Positions 37,827 through 51,941 of a stretch of 64,000 nt of DNA are shown in pieces. The notes beneath the pieces are model-generated. The model was not told the origin of the DNA. It saw only the letters and a list, made by a program, of their open reading frames with translations, and made no database searches. Position numbers and translations under genes: made by a program. The first letter of the stretch is position 1. Every line of letters begins with the position of its first letter. This stretch comes from Bilabrum cf. latius (lineage: Eukaryota), in the NCBI GenBank assembly GCA_965178125.1, contig OZ237773.1, positions 372,001-436,000 on the forward strand, in the 5' to 3' direction.

Positions 37827-40217
37827 TCATCGCCGCTGCCCTTCCCCTTGCCCCCTCCTCCCGTACAGGTCAGTCGGCGCGGGCACCACCCCCTGCCGCA
37901 GGGCCAGCTGAGACTCGACGGACTAAAGCAAGCTGCTGGCGCGGCTCGCAAGGGAACCGTGACCACCCGCACCCGTGCCTAGAACGGGACTGCCCGCCCC
38001 CGCCCCCTGCCCCGCCGCGTCTCTCCCGCTCCCAGGCACCGCCTGTGCCGCCGCCGCCTCCCCCGCGCGCCTGGCCTGCTCCGATCGACCGCCCTCTGCC
38101 TCACTCTCCGTCCCCGTGCCATCCGCCTCGAGCGCCGCCGCGGCCCGCGAGGAGGCACCTGCCAGTGAGTGGTCGCTCATGAGATCGTTCGGATATCCCC
38201 CCGTGCCCGTGCCCGTGCCCGTGCCTGTGCCGGCCCCCTCCCTCTCTCCTGCGTGTTCCCTGAGTCCCCGCAAGCCCCCTTGTTCCCCACGTGCACCCGC
38301 CATCTCACCCGCAGAAGATTCAAGCTCCGACACAGACACGTCCCCCCCCCGGATCAGGCGGGCCACCGACTCGTCCACGGCATAGTCCGATGTGGCGCTC
38401 CCGCTGCCATACCCGCTGAACGAGCCCCCCCTTTGCTCCTCTGTTCCCCGCCTCCAGCTGGCCCCCCTCCTGGGGGCAGGCCCCCTCCCGCCAGCCCCCC
38501 CCTCGTCCTCCGATGTGAGCATGGACCCCTCGCTGGAGGCAGACGCGCGCCGGGCCGCTTCCAGAGAATCCAGGATCGTGCCCTTGCCCCTTGTTCCCTG
38601 GCCAGAGGGGCCGTCGTCCAACGCAGACGGCACGGACCGCCCCTGCCTTGATCTGCGGCCTCCCCTGCGGCCCCCACTGCCGCGCCCCCTCTGACCCCCA
38701 CCGGTGGTGGGGACATCCCCGCCCCGCATGGGGGCATACATACCCGCCCGCCCCTCGCTTCTGCCGGTGGACGAGGCAGTACCGCTGTCCTCTGCACCAC
38801 CGTGCACTGCGCCCCCGCGCCCAGTCTCAGGATCCACACCCACACCCGCACCCGCACCTGCACCCGCACCCGCCCCGCCAGCCGAGTCCAGCCGCCGAGC
38901 AGCACCCCCAGCGGTTGGGGTACCCATGCTCCCCAGGCCGCCGCTCCTCCTGCCACCAATCCGCTGGCCCCCGACCCCGACCGGACCCGAAGCCCCCATC
39001 ATCTGCGGAGTCTGCATGCTTCCCCTTTCGTCCTCGCTCACGGACATGAGGCTCCCCACGGTGGAGTCGAGCGCAACACGGCCCAGACGGGACACGCCCG
39101 CGCCCCCCGCCCTGGCCCCGGGCTCAAGGTAGTGGTCATCCATGCTGATCACCTCCCGGGCGTTGACCAGCTCACGAGTCACCGTCGCCAGTTGTTCCCT
39201 GGCGACCGCCAGCTCCCTCTCCACCAGCTTCAGCCGCTGCCTGAGGCTGTTTGCCTCCTGCCGCGCGGCCTCCCTCTGCTTGTGGGCGTGCTCCAGCTTC
39301 TCCTGCAGCCTCTGAGACTGCTTCTTCTCCAATCTGTAGCGCTGCTTCTCCCGGTCTAGCTGCTGTTTGAGCGAGCGCACCGCCGTGGCGTCCTCGTCGC
39401 GCATGTAGCTCGCCTGCGATGCGCTCTAGTCGTCACCCTCGGCACCTCCCAAGCTGCTCACGTCCATGGACAGAGGGACAGAGGCGCGGTCGTTGCCGCT
39501 CATGTACGTGGCTCCGTAGGGGCCTATTCTTGAAGATGAAGAAGTGGCATCCATCGGGTGGAGTGACCGGCCCTGGATGCTCCCGCCGCCCCCGTTGAGC
39601 GTGCCGCCCCGGAGGCCGAGCACGACCGGGCTGCCGCCGCCGCCCGGTCGCGGGAGCAGTGCGGATTGGCTGCTCCCAGAATCGGCCCTAGCGGATCGCG
39701 ATGGACTGTGGCGAAGTACCTAGTCGATTTCATCTCTATTGTAGAGGCAGTAGCTGACGCTGGCGAGGACGGCGAGCATTTCGAGCCACGCCACGGTGCA
39801 AACAATGTTGTCAGTCACTAGCGTTGACTGTGCGGAATCGGCCAAAAATCCATCCACGGCCACTAGAATGAGGAAAATAGCGTTTCCGAGGGACAGCACC
39901 ACGGTAGGTACTTGAGCAGCAACCTGGACTTTGGCTGCTCCCTCGGTCAGGACAGTGGTCGTCGTGTCCGGCAAAGATGCCCGCACAAACGAGGCGCATA
40001 GGGCAACCGCAACCCAACATGCTGCATGTAGCACAGTTACACGAGCTGGTCGGGCAAAGAACTCGTCATGCACGCGGGGTAGCACCAAGGTCAACACAGC
40101 GAACGCAAACATCGTGAACGCTTGGATGACCAGAGGCCACCATGAAAGCCGTTGCTGCCGCTGAGACCTATTGGCAGACTTTTTCTACGCTACATTATCA
40201 GGAAACTAGCTCCGCAT
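37827..40217 (-). CDS. Multi-pass membrane protein with coiled coil (possibly TMEM192/FIP1-like)
   Basis: ORFs 39720-40112, 39426-39623 and 37923-39404 are in one frame joined by TAG and end at TGA 37827. About 4 hydrophobic segments are followed by a coiled coil. Start uncertain; family call weak. Confidence 0.6.
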
Positions 40218-40454
40218 CAGGCCGCGGGCGATCCCTGTATGCCAGCAGGCAATTGGGAAAGGCCAACGAACCAATGGAACCTCTTGAAGCATCGGTGCGA
40301 ACGTTCATCATCCCCGGGTGGCTTGACCTTTGCAGGGCATCAAAACTGTAGAGATTTTGGCAGCACAAGTATAGTGGGCACAGTATCTGAAACAGCGACT
40401 TATCCCTCGTAGCAGTGGGCTTGCGAGGACAGGCCACGCCACACGCACATCCGA

Positions 40455-41805
40455 TCATCCCAAGCCGCTCAGGCCATTGCCAACCGATGCCTCCAGGGCC
40501 TGGCGAACGTTCCTCGCACCCTGTTCTTTGGCATGCTCCCGCGTGGCATTCGTCACCTGCATCTGAGCCTTCAGCTTCGCCAAGCCGTCGTCACCCGTCT
40601 GCCCCGCCCCACCGAAGCCCTAGACCTGCCCTAGACCCATATGACCCCCGTCCACGTACGCACCGTCGCGCAATGCACGTGCCAAAGGGGTCCGAGCCTC
40701 AGAGGATGGGCTCAGGCCCATCCCAAAGCCCATGCCCGCACCACCACCGCTCCACATCTGTCCGCCCGCCCCTCCCCCTCCCCCTCCCCCTCCTAAAGTG
40801 CCGGCACCGGTGCCGAACGAGTCAACCGAAGCAGCCGTGGCAGTGCCGTTGGCAGCCAGCGCGCCACCAGCCCCCTCCGGTCCTACAGCGGCTCCGAGTC
40901 CATACCCGGCGTGCTTCACTGACAGCGGAGCAAGCCCCAAATGGCCTTGCCCCTACCCCTGGTTCTAGGTCGGTATCGCACCTGCACCTGCACCTGCACC
41001 TGCGCCTGCACCCGCACCCGCACCCGCACCCGCACCTGCACTGCTGCCCAGGGTTCCTGGGTGACCATGCGGTAGGGGGGGCTGGGGGTGGCCGATCATG
41101 CCACCGTGCACTGCACCTGCACTCTGCCCCCATCCTGGGGTCGGGGTGCCCATGCCCCCCATGGTGCCCATGCCCCCCATCGCGCCCATCGCGCCGAAGC
41201 CTCCCACAGTTCCAATGCCACCCATCGTGGCAAGAGGAGGCAGACCACCGCCTGCACCCACGCCCGGACCCATCCCCATTGCCACTGGCATTGCCATGGG
41301 CATCACCGACGGCATCCCATAGCCCACTTGCATGCCCGGGTTCATGCCACCCTGCATGCCCGGGTTCATGCCACCCTGCATGCCCGGATTCATGCCGCCC
41401 TGCATCCCGCTGTGCCTCATCTATTTCTGCTGCTGAAGGTCCTCCCCCATCGCCTCCAGCTGAGCCATACCGCCGTTGGCGCGCGTGGCACCCTGCCCGG
41501 ATGAAATCACCGGCACACTCGTCACACCTCCTAGCACGGGATCAGTGGACTCGTCGAACGTAAACCCTCGAGGTGCGGCCCCGGTCCCGCGGTGGGTCGC
41601 GGCTCCCTGACCCAGACCCATGGGCCCAGGGCGACCCCCCCGCGCGCCACCTCCCATCGGCCCCCCTGTCATGGATCCACCGGGCATAGGCCCCGCGCCC
41701 CGCATCGGACCCCCTGTGGCAGTCATGGGCCCATTCCCGACAGGTGCCCCCCCTGCTGAGACGGTGGACAGGCCAGACGGGCGCTGCTAGCGAGAAAGAG
41801 GCGCC

Positions 41806-41838
<33 letters not shown>

Positions 41839-44800
41839 GTTTGGCTGGACGTAGTCGCAGCCGCGGAAGAGTACGACGCGCTGCCTGCACCTGCGTGCGA
41901 TGCACCCGCAGCCGTGCCATCCACCAGGCTTCTCAGCGAATTCGTGGACCCTGCCCTGGACCTTGTGCCCATGCTGCGATCTGTCACCAGCGCGCTTGCA
42001 CTGCCGGCCCCGCCGACGCCGCGTGGTGAGGGCAACGGGTGCCGGTTCGATGCGACAGAGGCATTGCCGGTCACGTATCCCGCTGACACTGAAGCGACGG
42101 ACCCTGCCCTGGAGGCATCCGAGCCGGCCCTTCCCCTAAAGCTGCCGCTGTTCCTCCCCGCGGCAGTGCCCCGCGGGCTCGCGCTCGCACTCGCACTCGC
42201 CGCCCCTGCCCGGATGGCCTGGTGCAGGGACAGCCCTGGGACGAGACTAGAGGAGGCGCGACCGGTGCTTCCCACACGCGCCTGCCCCTGTCCCGCAGCC
42301 ACTTCTTTCCCCCCTTTCCCTCCCCCACTAGCGCCCAGCCCCAGATCCAGGTCGTCATCCAGTATCCCAAGCTGCCCAAGGGCCTTCCCGAGAGTTTCCT
42401 CGCCCGCGCCGGCGCCCGATCCCTCGCTTTTTCTCGGAACGGACCCCCTGCTACCCCTGGCGGACCTCCCCCCCTATGACCCCATACCGGGGCCGCCGCC
42501 TGGCCAGCCATACTCTGTCCTTGTTCCCCGGCTGCCCCCCGTGCTCGAAGACACCCGTTTCATGACGCGGGTCTGGGGCTAGGGCTGGGGCTGGGGCTGG
42601 GGCTGGGATTGCCCTGCACCCGAGTTGCTGCGCTGCTGCGGCTGCTGAAATCGGCGGCGGCTTTCACCACCGCCTCCCACAGAACGCCTGCCAGAGTAAA
42701 TTGGGCTGGTCGTGCCGTCGCCGCGCACGTCTTGACCTGGGGCACCTCCCGACGCTGACCCCGTACGGACGGCATGCGGGGATTCGGTCTTGGCGCGTGG
42801 CCTGCCAATGCCCCCGGTCCTGCGCCCGCCAGCGCTCTGTGGTCTTGAGCGAGACTGCTGGGCGATGGGGCCGGGCAAGCCCAAGGGACCCACGGGACTA
42901 GGCTCCGGCTCGTTCTCGACGTGCACCTTGTCCTGGTCCTGGTCCTCATCGCGATCCTGGTCCTGGCCCTGGTCCTGGCCCTGGTCCTGGTCCTGGTCCT
43001 GGTCCTGGTCTAAATCCGCCGATCCCGAGGCCAAGACGGGCGCACCGGTGCCCCCTTCTTGCATGGCTTGCTGAGCACCCCTATGGAGGCTGTCCTCAGA
43101 ACCACGCCCCTGGCCGCCACTCGACCCGGAGTTCAACTATGCAGACAACCCTGCCTGTTGCTCTGGCGTACTACGGATCACCTGCGGCGGTGCCACAGCA
43201 GGCATGGCCAGTGACTCGGCAGAAGCAGACAGAGACACGCATGCAGGAGGCTGGGGCGCGCCGGCGCTGGCCAGTCGACCGGGGGCCCCGCTCTCCGCGA
43301 GAGGTTGCTGGGCGCCGCTCACCAACCGACCCAGACGGCCGCCCAGACGAGCAGCAGAGGGCAGCGTCGATGAAGGGGAGTCTGAGGAGGCCACTGGCTG
43401 CGTGTCTGGTTCGGCTGGCGTAGCCTGGGCTTGCGCAGCAGGACCGGTGGATCCAGTGGTGCCACTCTCAACGAGACCAACACCCGTGCTGGCGCGCGCC
43501 TGTCCATTTTCCCCCGCGCGCTCATGCACAGGGAAGCCATCCATGGCACCATCTCGATCAGGAGCCGGTGCAGTGCCAGCAACTGCAGTCCTGGAGTCGC
43601 CTCCACGCATGCTGGGTGCATCTATCCCTCCAACACCATGACCATTATCCCCGTTCCCGTTCCCGTTCCCTACCACCCCGTGTATGCCCGGTTGTCCAGC
43701 CTCATGGGCCTGTGTCTGGGCCAGCAAGGAATCAGCAGCGCACGAGACGGGCACCAGCTCTCCCATGCTGCTGCCCCTTGATGCACCCGGGATGAAACCA
43801 GGCCCGTCTGCACCAGCACCAGCACCAGCACCAGCACCAGCACCAGCACCAGCATCAGCACCAGCACCAGCACCAGCACCAGCATCAGCACCAGCACCAG
43901 CACCAGCACCAGCACCAGCACCGGCCTGTCCCTGGGGCGAGATGGAGACCGCGGGAGGCCTCGCCCTGCCCCCAACACCAGGAGAACCTATGTCATCAGG
44001 AAGAAAGCTGGGCCGGCGGGCAGCACCGTCAGGCGACATGAACTGCATCAGCGGAGGCATGTCGCCGGATGCACCGCCGCGCGATGGGCCCCCCGGCATC
44101 GGTGAGACAGCCACGGCGTACGACAACAGTGCTGTGCCCTGGCCCTGGCCCTGGTCCGCTGCGGGCCCAAGCGATAGGGCAGGAGCAGCGGATCCAGCGG
44201 ACTGCTACCGCTGCCCCTGCCCCTGCCCCTGCCCCTGCGTCCCGTCGCTCTGGTCGTGCTCCTGTGGCGTGTCCAGCGGTGAGGGCTAAGGAACGTGCGA
44301 CGAGTGTTCATCGTTGTGTGGCGAGTAAACTCCGCCAGGGAGCAGATCACCCCCGGAGGCACCTGTCCGCAGGGGCGAGCTCATGGGCATGGACGGGCGG
44401 GGTGCCGCAGCTCCACCCGCGGTGTGGGCGTGACCCCCACCTGCAGCATGATTGTCCTCACTGGGATCTGATGCTTCCACACCCGGCGAAAAGCTCGCGC
44501 CTGTCTCATCGTGTTCCTCCGAGTCGCCGTGGGGGCGGGCCATCGGGTGCACGCCTGCGGGCGACACGGGTGGCAGTGCCCCACTGACCTGCCCCTGCCC
44601 ATGCCCCTGTCCTTGTCCTTGTCCTTGTTCTGAACCGCGCCTGACAGGTGTTCCCGGTGATGCATCCCGCTGCTGCCCGCTCCTAACGTGTGCGACGTGC
44701 CCTAGCTGCGACTGCGACCGGCCCTGGTAGTCACCGCTCTCCCTGTCGCTCTCCCCCTAGCCCTAGCCCTCCCCCTAGCCCTAGCCCTCTCCAGGCACCC

Positions 44801-46674
44801 CCAGCCCCTCCCCCTCCCCCTAGCCCTCTCCAGGCACCCCCAGCCCTGTCTGTGGACCGGAGCCCGGGCCGGTCACGCCGTCGTCGTCGTCGTCCACGTG
44901 TCCAGGAGCGCCTACGGGATGGTGCGCCTGCTCCAGGTGAGGCATCAGATCGGAGCCGGCGGTGGACCCCACAGGCCGGGCCGCCAGCGGTACTCCCACC
45001 CCCCCCACAGAGGACGAGGACGAGGCGTCCCCCCGGGTGGACCCACCAGTGGATCCGTCGCGGCCCCCCGCCGCCCCTGAATACGAGTGGGTCGCGTCAT
45101 GGAACAGCACGGGGATCACGTCCAGCCCGCCGCCCGACTGACGGAGATACCCCTGCTCCAGCCCACCGAGCTCATGGTGGCCCCCTTCCCCACCGTCGGT
45201 GGACGAGTCCTCGGGGATGCCAGGCAGACTGCCCGTCCTGCCCCTGCCCCTGCCCCTGCCGCTCTGCCTGGAACCCCCGTCCCCTTCACCGCTTCCGTTC
45301 CCGTTCTCCTCCAAACCACCGGTAGAGTGACGCTCTGCGTGGGCGCCATCCACGTCCACGCTGGGACGGTGGGCGGGCGAGGCTAGACCAGCCAGTATGC
45401 CGCTGCCGGCAGCTGTGCCGTCCAGCCCACCGCTCCCGCTGCTGATGCTCGAGCCCATGCCACCTGGCACTAGGGCTGGGCTCTCAAGACCGGCGGAGGG
45501 CTGCCGGGAGCGCACAGACACCGGACTCTGTGGGGATGGCTAAGCGTTGCCTGGCTACCCGCCGTTGTTCCCTGCATCCTGAGGATGTCTGCTAGCATCC
45601 TCCACGTCAGCACTGCTCGCCTGGCTGTGGTGGCCCGGCTGTGCCCTCGGGACTATCATGGGGGAGGGGGGCACGCTATGGGAGGACACGCCCCCGCTGC
45701 CGATTCCGTGCACCAGCGGAGGCAGCATGCCCTGTCCCGCCGCGGGGCCCGGCGCGCCCTCCTTGTCGAGGGCTGAGGCGCCTCCCTCGCTCATGGCACC
45801 GTCCCTGTGTGAATGCACCGAGGGGTGCGGCACGTGGTGGTGGTGCTGCAAGAGCGGGTCCTAGTACCCGGGGGAATCCCCCTCCCCCCGCAGCGGGGAC
45901 ACCAAGGGGCCGGTCCCAAAAGCGGGTTCACTTGCGGGCAGCGATACCGCATCGTCCGACCGTGGCCCCACGATGCTCGGGCCGTCAATTCCCCTGTGCC
46001 CGTGCTCGTGCTCGGGCCCGTGCCCCATCTCCATCGAGTGTTCCCTGGTCAAAGCCGGCATCCCACCACCACCTCCCTACCCGTGCACCCCCTCGCCCTC
46101 GTCACCTTCGCTACCAGGCACGCCCATCGAGCCCGCGTGAACCTCCATGCCCGCATCACCACCCGCAGACACCCCAGCCACGGACCCCGCCTGGCTTACC
46201 GAGCTGGTGTCCATCGCTGCCGGGAGTGCGAATGGCTGGGAGCCGTGCGAGGACGTGTCCAAGTCCCCTTCAGGAGCCAGGGGCTGGTGCAGCTCCAGGT
46301 CATGTCCCTCGGGGTGGGTCGCGGGGGACACGTGCACGGAGGGAGACTCGTTGGCGCTGGGCGAGGAGTCGGGGGCGGGGGCTGGAGCGGCAGATGGGGC
46401 AGGCCCATCGGTCGACGCACCGTGCTCTGCTAGAGACCGGTCGACGGAGCTCGCCCCTTGGTCTGGTGCCGACTGCTGGTGCTCCTGTGTCTGCTGCTGC
46501 TGCTGCTGCTTCTGCTTCTGCTTCATCTGCAACACGTGATCTTCGGAATCAGCCAGTAGGTCCCCCTGGGCTGGGTCCGAGGCAGGCAGGCTCGAGCCAC
46601 TATCGTGCGCTGCACCAGCACCTTCCCGGCCTCTCCCGCTGCTGGCTGCCTCAAGTCCAGACCCAGGTGTACCG

Positions 46675-46717
<43 letters not shown>

Positions 46718-49700
46718 ACTCCTGCTCCTACTCCTGCTCCTGCTCCTGCTCCTGCTCCTACTCCTACTCCTACTCCTAGATCCGCCCGCTCAACACGCTG
46801 GGCCTCGCTGCCTCCTGCTCGAACTCCCTCGTGGACTGCCCGCGGAGCAGGGCAGGAGGCAGCGCGGTCTGCATGGAGATCGAGGAGGTGGAGGACCTCC
46901 GCAGCTGGGACTCGCTGGACATGTCACCATAGTCCTGCTCTCCCTCTCCCTCTCCCTCTCCCTCTACATCACCCCTACCATCGGTACCCTGCTGGGCCAT
47001 GCCTGGGGGCACCTCAGGGTTGTCGTTCGCGCCCTAGATTGAATCGGCATGCAACACGGGGGAGGACTAGGCAGTGGCACTCGGCCCATTCCCTGTGCCT
47101 GTGCATGTGCCTGTGCCCGGCCTGGGTGGCCTGCCCTGACGAACGGCGCGGCGATCCATTGATTTTCGTCTACTACCAGCAGCAGCAACGCCGCGCCAGT
47201 CTTTCCTCGTCGCCTCTCCACCAGAGGAGGTGGCTGCACCGCCTGCGCGTGTGCCGCCGCTCTGCAGCGGATTGCGCTGCTGATCTGCGTTGGTACCCTC
47301 AGGCAGGCGAGGTGTCAGCGGGCTATCCGGTCTCTCGTCCTACCGGCGGTCCCTTCCCTTCTCCCCAGCGGAGGTGCTGGTGCTGGCACCATCCAGGTTG
47401 ACCTCGCCGTCGGCTAGTGGTACAGCGTCGAGGCCGGAGAGAACAGAGTCGCGGCCAGCGGAGGCTCCCCCAGGAGGCAGCTTACCGACAGCTGCGTCCA
47501 TCTGATCCAGAGGACCCGCGCATGACTGCACCAGGACAGCGCGTTGTTCTCCATCCCCTTGTTCTCCGGCCCCTTGTTCCCCAAGAGGGACGCGCACAGT
47601 CGCCCCAGGGGCCAGGGCAGCAAGCCTGGCCCCCAGGCACACAGCCTGCAATACGTCCTTGGACAACTGCTCGCCTTCCCTTCCTTCTGTTCCGAGCCCG
47701 GCGCCCGCAGCTTCCACCGCCCCCCTCACCTTCTCTTCCCACTCCTCCACGGGACACACCAGCGTCTGGGTCTGCTGCTCTGCCGTTGCTGTTGCAGCGG
47801 ATGATGATGAGGAGGAGGCCGAGGCGCGCGACTGGGCGGACCAACACACCACCATGCCGTGGTCCTTCACAGCATCGCCAGTGCCCTCCAAAGATACGCG
47901 GATGCTTATGCACGGCATGTCCTGGGACCGGTGGCCCGATCCCAGCTGGCCTGAGGAGTCCCCCGTGGCCTGCCTGCCGGTTTCCGACCGTGCATCACCG
48001 CCGTTGTCACCGTCCTCCTCTTCCTCCACGAGGTCCTCGGGGGCCCCTTTGCTTGCCCCCCTATTCGGGGACGCGTTGGCTGACTCCACCTTCCGCTCCC
48101 ACCCCATGTCGAAATCGTCGTCATCCGGCCCGGGGCCCAGCCCGCTCCCGCTGCCCTCAGACTCTCCGCCCGCTGACCCGACAGAGTCTTTGCGCGGCCC
48201 GCGGTCCGCCGCCTCGCCCTATCGAGCGGTAGCTCCATCTGGGCCGCTCGCCCCGCCTTGTTCCCCACTTGTCGTCACACCACTACCTCCGGGATCTTTT
48301 GGGTTGCCTGGCCTATTCCCATTGGCTAACACAGACGATGCATGCACCTCACCCGTCCCACCCGAGTCTCTGCAGCCGCTGCTGCTGCCGCTGCTGCTGC
48401 TGCTGCTGCTGCTGCTCTATGTTGCCGTGCCTGCGCCCCCTTCGTTCTCGTCCCCCGCACGTGATCGCACGGCCCCCTCGGGCACGATCACCAAGTTAAA
48501 CGACTCGTCCTCGTCCTCTTCCTCTACACCGCCCACACCACCAGAGGGACTGCTGGCTCTGCCACCCGCAGGATTCGCGGGCGAACCAGTCCTCGAGCAC
48601 GATGCGCCGTCGTGCTCCAGATCCGACCCGGCCCCCGCCCCAGTCCGAGAGGCCCGCCCCCACGCCGTTGGGGTGGATGGCGGCGTTGTGGGGGACGCGC
48701 CATCCTGACCCTCTAGGCGACCCGCGCCCGACCCCGCCCCTGCAACAGAGGACTAGCCGGCAACTGAGGTAGACCCCGCCAGCCTGAGGAACTCGTCCTG
48801 CAGCAACTCCGTGGCGGAGGGTCTGTTCCCCGCCGCGTCCGTGTTCAGGCACCTCACTATGAATCGTCTCACGGATCGGTGCCTGACCTTGGAGAAGCAG
48901 GCCGGGAGTCTCTTGCGCTGCACCTGCTGGAAGATGAGTCCAATGTTCTCGCACTCGTGGTAGGGCAGCTGGCCTGTCACCATCTCCAGTACCGTGAGCC
49001 CAAAGGCGTATATGTCCGTTGAGCGGGTGTAGGTGCCGTAGTACGCCTCCTGCGGCATGAAGTTGGGCGTCCCGTCGATGACTGGAGCTTCCTGGGCGCT
49101 GGGCTCGCGGGAGGGGCTGCCGGGGATGAGTGTTGGCAGGGGCTTGCCATTGCCCTTGACTTTGGACGGTGACTCTGCTGGTTGGGCCGAAGGGCTGCTT
49201 CCTGTGCCCCTGTCCTCTTCATCCCCACCGGCGCCCTCCTCCCCCTCCCCCTCCTCTTCTTCTTCCTCATCCGTGGTGTCCCCATCAGGGTCCTCCTCCT
49301 CCTCACCGCCACTGCCCCTGCCCCTGCCCCTGCCGCCGCTGGCACCGGCACTGTCACCCCTCGGGGAGGACACCCCCTCGCTACTCTCCTTCCTCTCCTC
49401 CTCGCCCTTGTTCCCTGGGCCCCCCTCACCTGGATCCTCCTTCCCGTCCTCTCGCGGAGACTTGCCTTCGGCCTCGCATGCAGGACCCCTTCCATCGGGG
49501 GAGGGCTCCACCCCCCCCTCGATGGGGGCGGTTTCCTTGGACTCGGAAGGGGAGGCTGCGCCGCCGGGGGGTGCCACCGCCGGTGCACTCGTCACACGCT
49601 TCGACTCCACCACCTCCCCGATGCAGCTCGACCCGAAATCGCATATCTTGACCGACCCGTCTCTGGCGTTGTATAGCACGTTGCTGCACTTGATGTCCCG

Positions 49701-50571
49701 GTGAATGATGGGCTCCGGCTCGCGCGTGTGCAGGTGCTCCAGCCCCTCGAGGATCTGCCTGCACCACCGCTTGATGGCCTTGAGCTTCACACGGTGGCCC
49801 GGCCCCGCCCCAGGGGCGGTAGATCCCCCGGATGAAGAGAGTGTCTTTGTGGGAGCCACCCTGGAGACCGAGGCCCCTGCCCCGAGCACCCCTCCGGCCC
49901 CCTAGGCAGAGGCAGAGGCTCCGTGCACGAAGCTGAGGAGGTCACCGGACCTAACGAACTCCGTAATCATGTGCACCTTGCCTGTCTTTTCGTCCTCCCA
50001 GCTGTCGTAAATCTGCATGACGTGCTTGTGCTTGAGCATGCCCGCCACCTTTGCTTCCCGCCTCACTCTGTCCCTGTCTTTGTCGTCCATCGCGCGAGTG
50101 TCGATGATGGACCATGCTACTGTGCGACCGGAACCAGTGTCGATGGCTTCATAGCTGCGGTAGGTAGGCACGTTTGGACTCCAAAGAGGGAGTTTGGGCT
50201 CCAAAGAGGTCGCGAGCAGGGGCCAGAGCAACGTGTGCGCGAATAGCGAGCGAGGCAGTGAGCCTCAAATCCAAGCAAAAATACACCAACTCTCACACTT
50301 TCTTCTGTGCTCCTTCTCCAATCAGTTTGTCCCACTGCGGTACACATTTATAGAAGGTACTACTACGCGCAGTTCGCGTCGACGACAACAGCAACTGGTG
50401 CGAAGCGACCTCAGCACACACTACCATCCGTTCCTATCACCGGGAGCATCACGAAAGGATAGCATGACGTAGTTCGAATATTTGAAAGCTACTCACCCTC
50501 TTGTACTACTTCCCTCTCATCTCGACGAATGCATCAGTGGTGCTCGCCCTCAGTCCCGACCCTTCCGCCAT
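40455..50571 (-). CDS. WNK: WNK-family Ser/Thr kinase with very long low-complexity C-terminus (~3270 aa); exons 50497-50571, 50297-50334, 40455-50154
   Basis: IGEGAQKKVYEAID (Lys in the Gly loop), VAWS in place of VAIK, WCRQILEGLEHLH, PIIHRDIKCSN, KICDFG, GTPNFM, DIYAFGL.VLEMVT..PY.EC. A single frame runs through many TAGs to TGA 40455. Confidence 0.85.
43810..43922 (-). repeat. (GGTGCT)n coding microsatellite encoding (GA)n in the WNK tail
   Basis: GCACCA repeats on the + strand, interrupted twice by GCATCA. Confidence 0.85.
46677..46778 (-). repeat. (GAG-YAG)n coding hexamer repeat encoding (EQ)n
   Basis: 17 Gln positions: 11 CAG and 6 TAG (46716, 46728, 46758, 46764, 46770, 46776). Confidence 0.9.
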
Positions 50572-51518
50572 GGCTCTAGACACCAAACCACCTTCTTACT
50601 TGATTCACCGGACTCAATGCCTTTGGGGCAAGCCTTGAAGTATGTATGAGACCAAACCGTCTGAATTTGGAGTCCTATTCCAGCAGGAAAAAGCAAAGAA
50701 TAAAAATACTAATGGAACTGAGCAAAACGCGCCGTGTGAATGACTTGATTGAGAAATCCCTGTGCTCAGCACCTGCCCATGGCACTTGAGTTTGAATTCC
50801 TAGCCTACTGCACTGCTCCTGTGCTGCTTTGCTCGTCTCCTGGCGGTTGCTCGTACGGTTCGTTGCTGCAATAACGGAACCGATCCAGCTTCCTTGCGCG
50901 GCGACAAGGAGCCGCGGTGTGCTTCGTCCAATCGGCTGCACAGTTTGCACAAGTCCATGCGGCAACAGAACAAGACCAAGGGGGGCCTGCCAGTCTAGAG
51001 AATTTCCGCTGCATCCAGATCTGCGCTGTGTGTCGCTCGTTGCTGAGTCGCTGAAGACGCGTATAGCGCGGTTCAACGAAAAGTAAACCACACTGCTTTA
51101 ATACAATCTGATTTATTTCCCCATTCCCGTAGTCTCCCGCCTATCAGCTCGATTTAGTGCGTAAGGATTCTATCACTGTCATTGTTATTGCAAATCTATG
51201 GTACTTGGATGTTATTTCCAACGAATGACTGGGTATTCGATCCAGTTCTCGCTTGCTGTTGAATCGAATAGTGGTCCTCTAGCTTCAGCGTCTTCAGTTT
51301 GCCCGTGCACGACCTTGTCTGAGTGGTACAGCGCTACTGGCGAGCAGCATAGTGCATTGAACATATGGCATATGTGCTGGTGTTGTATGCGCGCGGGTTT
51401 ATGGACCTTTTGATTTGCATGGCGACATTCTATCAGCGCCGCTAATTGCCGCTTTTCGTAAGAGCCAATGCATCCCTATGCTGCGACACACTCTGTCTTT
51501 GTCCCACAGGTGAATACA

Positions 51519-51941
51519 ATGGCAGCAACACAGCAGGCATCCGCCCAGTTCAAGCAGCATTTCCTGAAGGCGTTCACCGCCATGAGCCAGCGCGCTCGGG
51601 AAGCCAAGGCGCACGAGACCGTCTGGAAGCTCGCCCAGGACGCAGCCAAGGCGGCCGGCGTGCAGGGTGACAAGAAGCAGCTCATGGAATGGGGGTACTC
51701 CACCCGCGCCGAGTACTACAAGCAGAGCTACGACAAGAAGATTTACCACGGAGAGGCCCTGACTGCGCTTGCCCCCGGGCTGTACCGCACTCTTGCCATT
51801 GGAAGCGCCATCGGCGCCGTGCTGGGCGCCGGGTGGATGCTCTACGCTCAGAATGACAAGGCTTTGATCAAGGCAGCCAACGACGAGTGGAAGGCCAAGA
51901 AGGCCGCCATGGCCCAGGCGAGGGAGGGAGGCCGCCAGTGA
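51519..51941 (+). CDS. Small single-TM protein with strong codon bias (possible mitochondrial membrane subunit)
   Basis: ATG follows a likely 5'UTR intron acceptor (cccacag at 51509). GC3-biased codons, TM LAIGSAIGAVLGAGWMLY, stop TGA, no TAG codons. Confidence 0.7.
   Translation: MAATQQASAQFKQHFLKAFTAMSQRAREAKAHETVWKLAQDAAKAAGVQGDKKQLMEWGYSTRAEYYKQSYDKKIYHGEALTALAPGLYRTLAIGSAIGAVLGAGWMLYAQNDKALIKAANDEWKAKKAAMAQAREGGRQ

Noticed and set aside
50600-51500. Possible ncRNA or tRNA-Gln(CUA) in the low-GC intergenic region
   Set aside because: I could not recognise a cloverleaf or snoRNA box structure by eye; the region is more likely promoter, UTR and intron.
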